Below, piece after piece: positions 61,517 through 64,000 of a stretch of DNA of 64,000 nt. Location of the stretch: assembly GCF_009914755.1 (NCBI RefSeq), contig NC_060928.1. One strand, written 5' to 3'. Made by a program: the position numbers and the translations under genes. The notes under the pieces were generated by a model that was given only the letters and a program-made list of their open reading frames with translations, was not told the DNA's origin and searched no databases. The DNA comes from the human T2T-CHM13v2.0 reference genome, Homo sapiens. Within the stretch, counting starts at the first letter, position 1; every line of letters begins with the position of its first letter.

Positions 61517-62653
61517 TCAAGCCTCAGCTTCTCCATCTATAGAATGGCTACAGCAGTGTTACTTGCTTCCCAGGAGAGGAGCATTCCATCAGCAGTAAAG
61601 CATTCATTGATCTTCCTTTTGTTTCTCTGTCACAGCCTGGCATGGTCCCAAAATATTGTAGTAATCAATGTGTTTTGAATTAATGGGTTTCTAAATATTC
61701 CCATGCTTCACACAGACCGTTTTGGATCTCTGAAGTTTTGCACCGTGCAGCCTGTTAGGCAGTTGATCAACCTGTGACTACCTTGTTTGTGGCTTATTTT
61801 CCCCAGCCAGAGCAGCCCGGATCTGCTGGCAACCTGGCAATCTTTGTTGTGAGAGGTTAACACAATTCCTACAGTCTGCACAAGCAGGAGGTGGAGTGGA
61901 GGTGGGAGAGGTGCGGAGTTGGAATGGCTCCCAGGCTGCCGTCTTGGCTCGTGTGAGTCAGTGGCATGGAACACGCAGGTTCTGTGCATTTATATAAGGG
62001 AAGGAAGGCTGTTGGCTCTACATTCTATATATTCCCCAGTTGTCGCTCAGAATAGTCATGAAGATCCGTGCCTATTCCATGTTCTTTTGGTCTTACAATG
62101 ATAGTCATATTAGGCAAAGAGAACACAAAGTCTCTTGAACATTAGCTGCTTGCCTTGAATTTCAGTGTGACGCATTCATTCATTCCATTTATTCATTCAA
62201 GAAGCAATATTTAGCACTTACTCTGTGTCAGGTACTGTGCTAGGAACTGAGATTCCTACCTCAAGAAACTTCAAGTTTACAGTGGAAGAGACAGGTAATC
62301 TTTGTGATCCAAGGTTACTGAAGCAGTGAGATGTGGGCCAGGTGCTCTGGGGAACCTGTGGATGAGCCAAGAATTTCCGATGTTGGGGCTGGGGTGGATA
62401 GGAAGGATGCACAGAGCAGAAGATCTTTAGAGTTTGATGCAATACAGTGTCGTGGAGAGGAAACATAGTGTCTTGAAGGAGAGCATAGGTGAGATTGAAT
62501 TCTAGCTCCTCTTCTTAACAATTACGTGACCCTCAGGCAAGTTACCTATTTTTTTTTTTTTTGAACTTCAGCTTTTTCATCTGAGAATAGGCAAAGAAGA
62601 TAATAAGATAATAATGTCCTAAGACTTCATCATAGTGTCTGGCAACCAATAGA

Positions 62654-62949
62654 TTTTTTTTTTTTTTTGAGACGGAGTCTGGCTCTGTTGCCCAGGCTGG
62701 AGTGCAGTGGCGCAATCTCAGTGCACTGCAAGCTCCGCCTCAAGGTTCATGCCATTCTCCTGCCTCAGCTTCCCGAGTAGCTGGGACTACAGGCGCCCAC
62801 CACCACACCCGGCTAATTTTTTTGTATTTTTAGTAGAGACGGGGTTTCACCATGTTAGCCAGGATGGTCTTGATCTCCTGACCTCGTGATCCACCTGCCT
62901 CGGCCTCCCAAAGTGCTGGGATTACAGGCGTGAGCCACCGTGCCTGGCC
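62654..62949 (-). mobile_element. AluY
   Basis: AluY diagnostics; TSD aaccaatagatttt. Confidence 0.9.
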
Positions 62950-63204
62950 AAACCAATAGATTTTTAATTAATTAATTAATTAATGTCCAGTAATAGTTTT
63001 TAAATATGTTAATTAATTAATGTCTGTCTGTTTTCAATCTCTTCCTCTTATTGTTCCTCACATTGTTACTGGAGGCAAATTATTACAATAGAAAGAACAC
63101 TAGAATTGGCTCTGCCACCAGCCTACTGTGTGACTCCAGGGATGCAGAGCTAGTCACACCTCCCTGTAGACCTCCTGTGGGATCTGTGAGGGGAAAGATC
63201 TGGG

Positions 63205-63625
63205 TTGACTTGTTTCCAGTTTTTGGCTATTAAGAGTAATGCAGCTACAAACATTCCCTACAAGTCTTTGTGTGACATATGTTTTCATTTCTCTTGGGTA
63301 TACACCTAGGAGTGGAATTGCTGGGTCGTATGGTAACTCCATGTTTAACCTTCTGAAGGACTTCCAGGCTGTTCTCACATGGCTGTACCATTTTACAATC
63401 TCACCAGCATTGTGTAAGGGTTCTGATTCCTCTCCATCCTCACCAACACTTGTTACTGCCATTTTTTTTTTTATCTGAGCCATCCTAGTGGGTGGAAAGT
63501 GGTATCCACTGCAGTTTTGATTTGCGATCTCCTGGTGACTAATGATGTTGAACGTCTTTTCATGTGCTTTTTGGCTGTTTATCATAGCCTTTGGAGAAAT
63601 GTCTGTTCAAATCCTTTGCCCATTG
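63205..63625 (-). mobile_element. L1M (L1MB-like) ORF2 C-terminal fragment
   Basis: The minus-strand ORF 63154-63585 contains the L1 ORF2 motif ELPYDPAIPLLGVYPREMKTYV. Confidence 0.85.
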
Positions 63626-64000
63626 TGAGAGTCATTGACTTTGGTATTTGTTGTTTGGACTCTCCTTCTCCTGGCTTGTGGAGATTGCTTTATCCTCTGA
63701 GGTTGCACCGCAGATCCTCTTCTGCAAGTCAATGGGTATGGTTGTGGTGTAGCGGGTTTCAGCAGCAACAGTGGTCTGAGGACCACTAAAAATAAACATA
63801 AGGAGTGTCACTACGTTAGCAGCATAGGCTGTTTTATGCTGAAATAACGTCTCAGTGGCTTAACACATTAAGCCTCATTTCTTCTTCTGCAAAGTCTATG
63901 CTCCAGGCTGCTGCAATCTTAGGGCACGACTCTACTTTCTATGAATGTGAACAATGTGAGGGGACTCAGGGGCTTTTTGATGCCTCAGCCATTATCCAGA

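Noticed and set aside
62963-63022. (TAAT)n self-complementary repeats resembling homeodomain sites
   Set aside because: Simple microsatellite beside an Alu; no evidence of function
63154-63585. 143-aa ORF with protein-like sequence
   Set aside because: Decayed L1 ORF2 C-terminus, not a host gene

Overview
Primate (very likely human) genomic DNA, dense in Alu, L1, L2, MIR, MaLR/ERV LTR and MER DNA-transposon relics. The one clear gene feature is a CpG island (~24.5-26.2 kb) holding a coding first exon (ATG 25121/25133 to splice donor G|GTGAGT at 25484/25485). Its peptide aligns end to end with the exon-1 N-terminal domain of STOX1 as I recall it, so I read it as a distal alternative first exon of the paralogue STOX2. 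Everything downstream is a long first intron with no second coding exon visible. That intron contains a full-length antisense SVA with a 15-bp TSD, a young AluYa4/Ya5-type insertion, a ~43-bp L1 tail with a 20-bp TSD, a three-level nested Alu/THE1/Alu and several AG|GT (recursive-splice-like) motifs. Upstream there is a 49-bp fold-back inverted repeat around an AT-rich spacer and a 140-bp local duplication. Almost all other ORFs in the track are repeat-derived or GC-rich shadow ORFs. Repeat subfamily names and gene identity come from recalled consensus sequences, not from searches.
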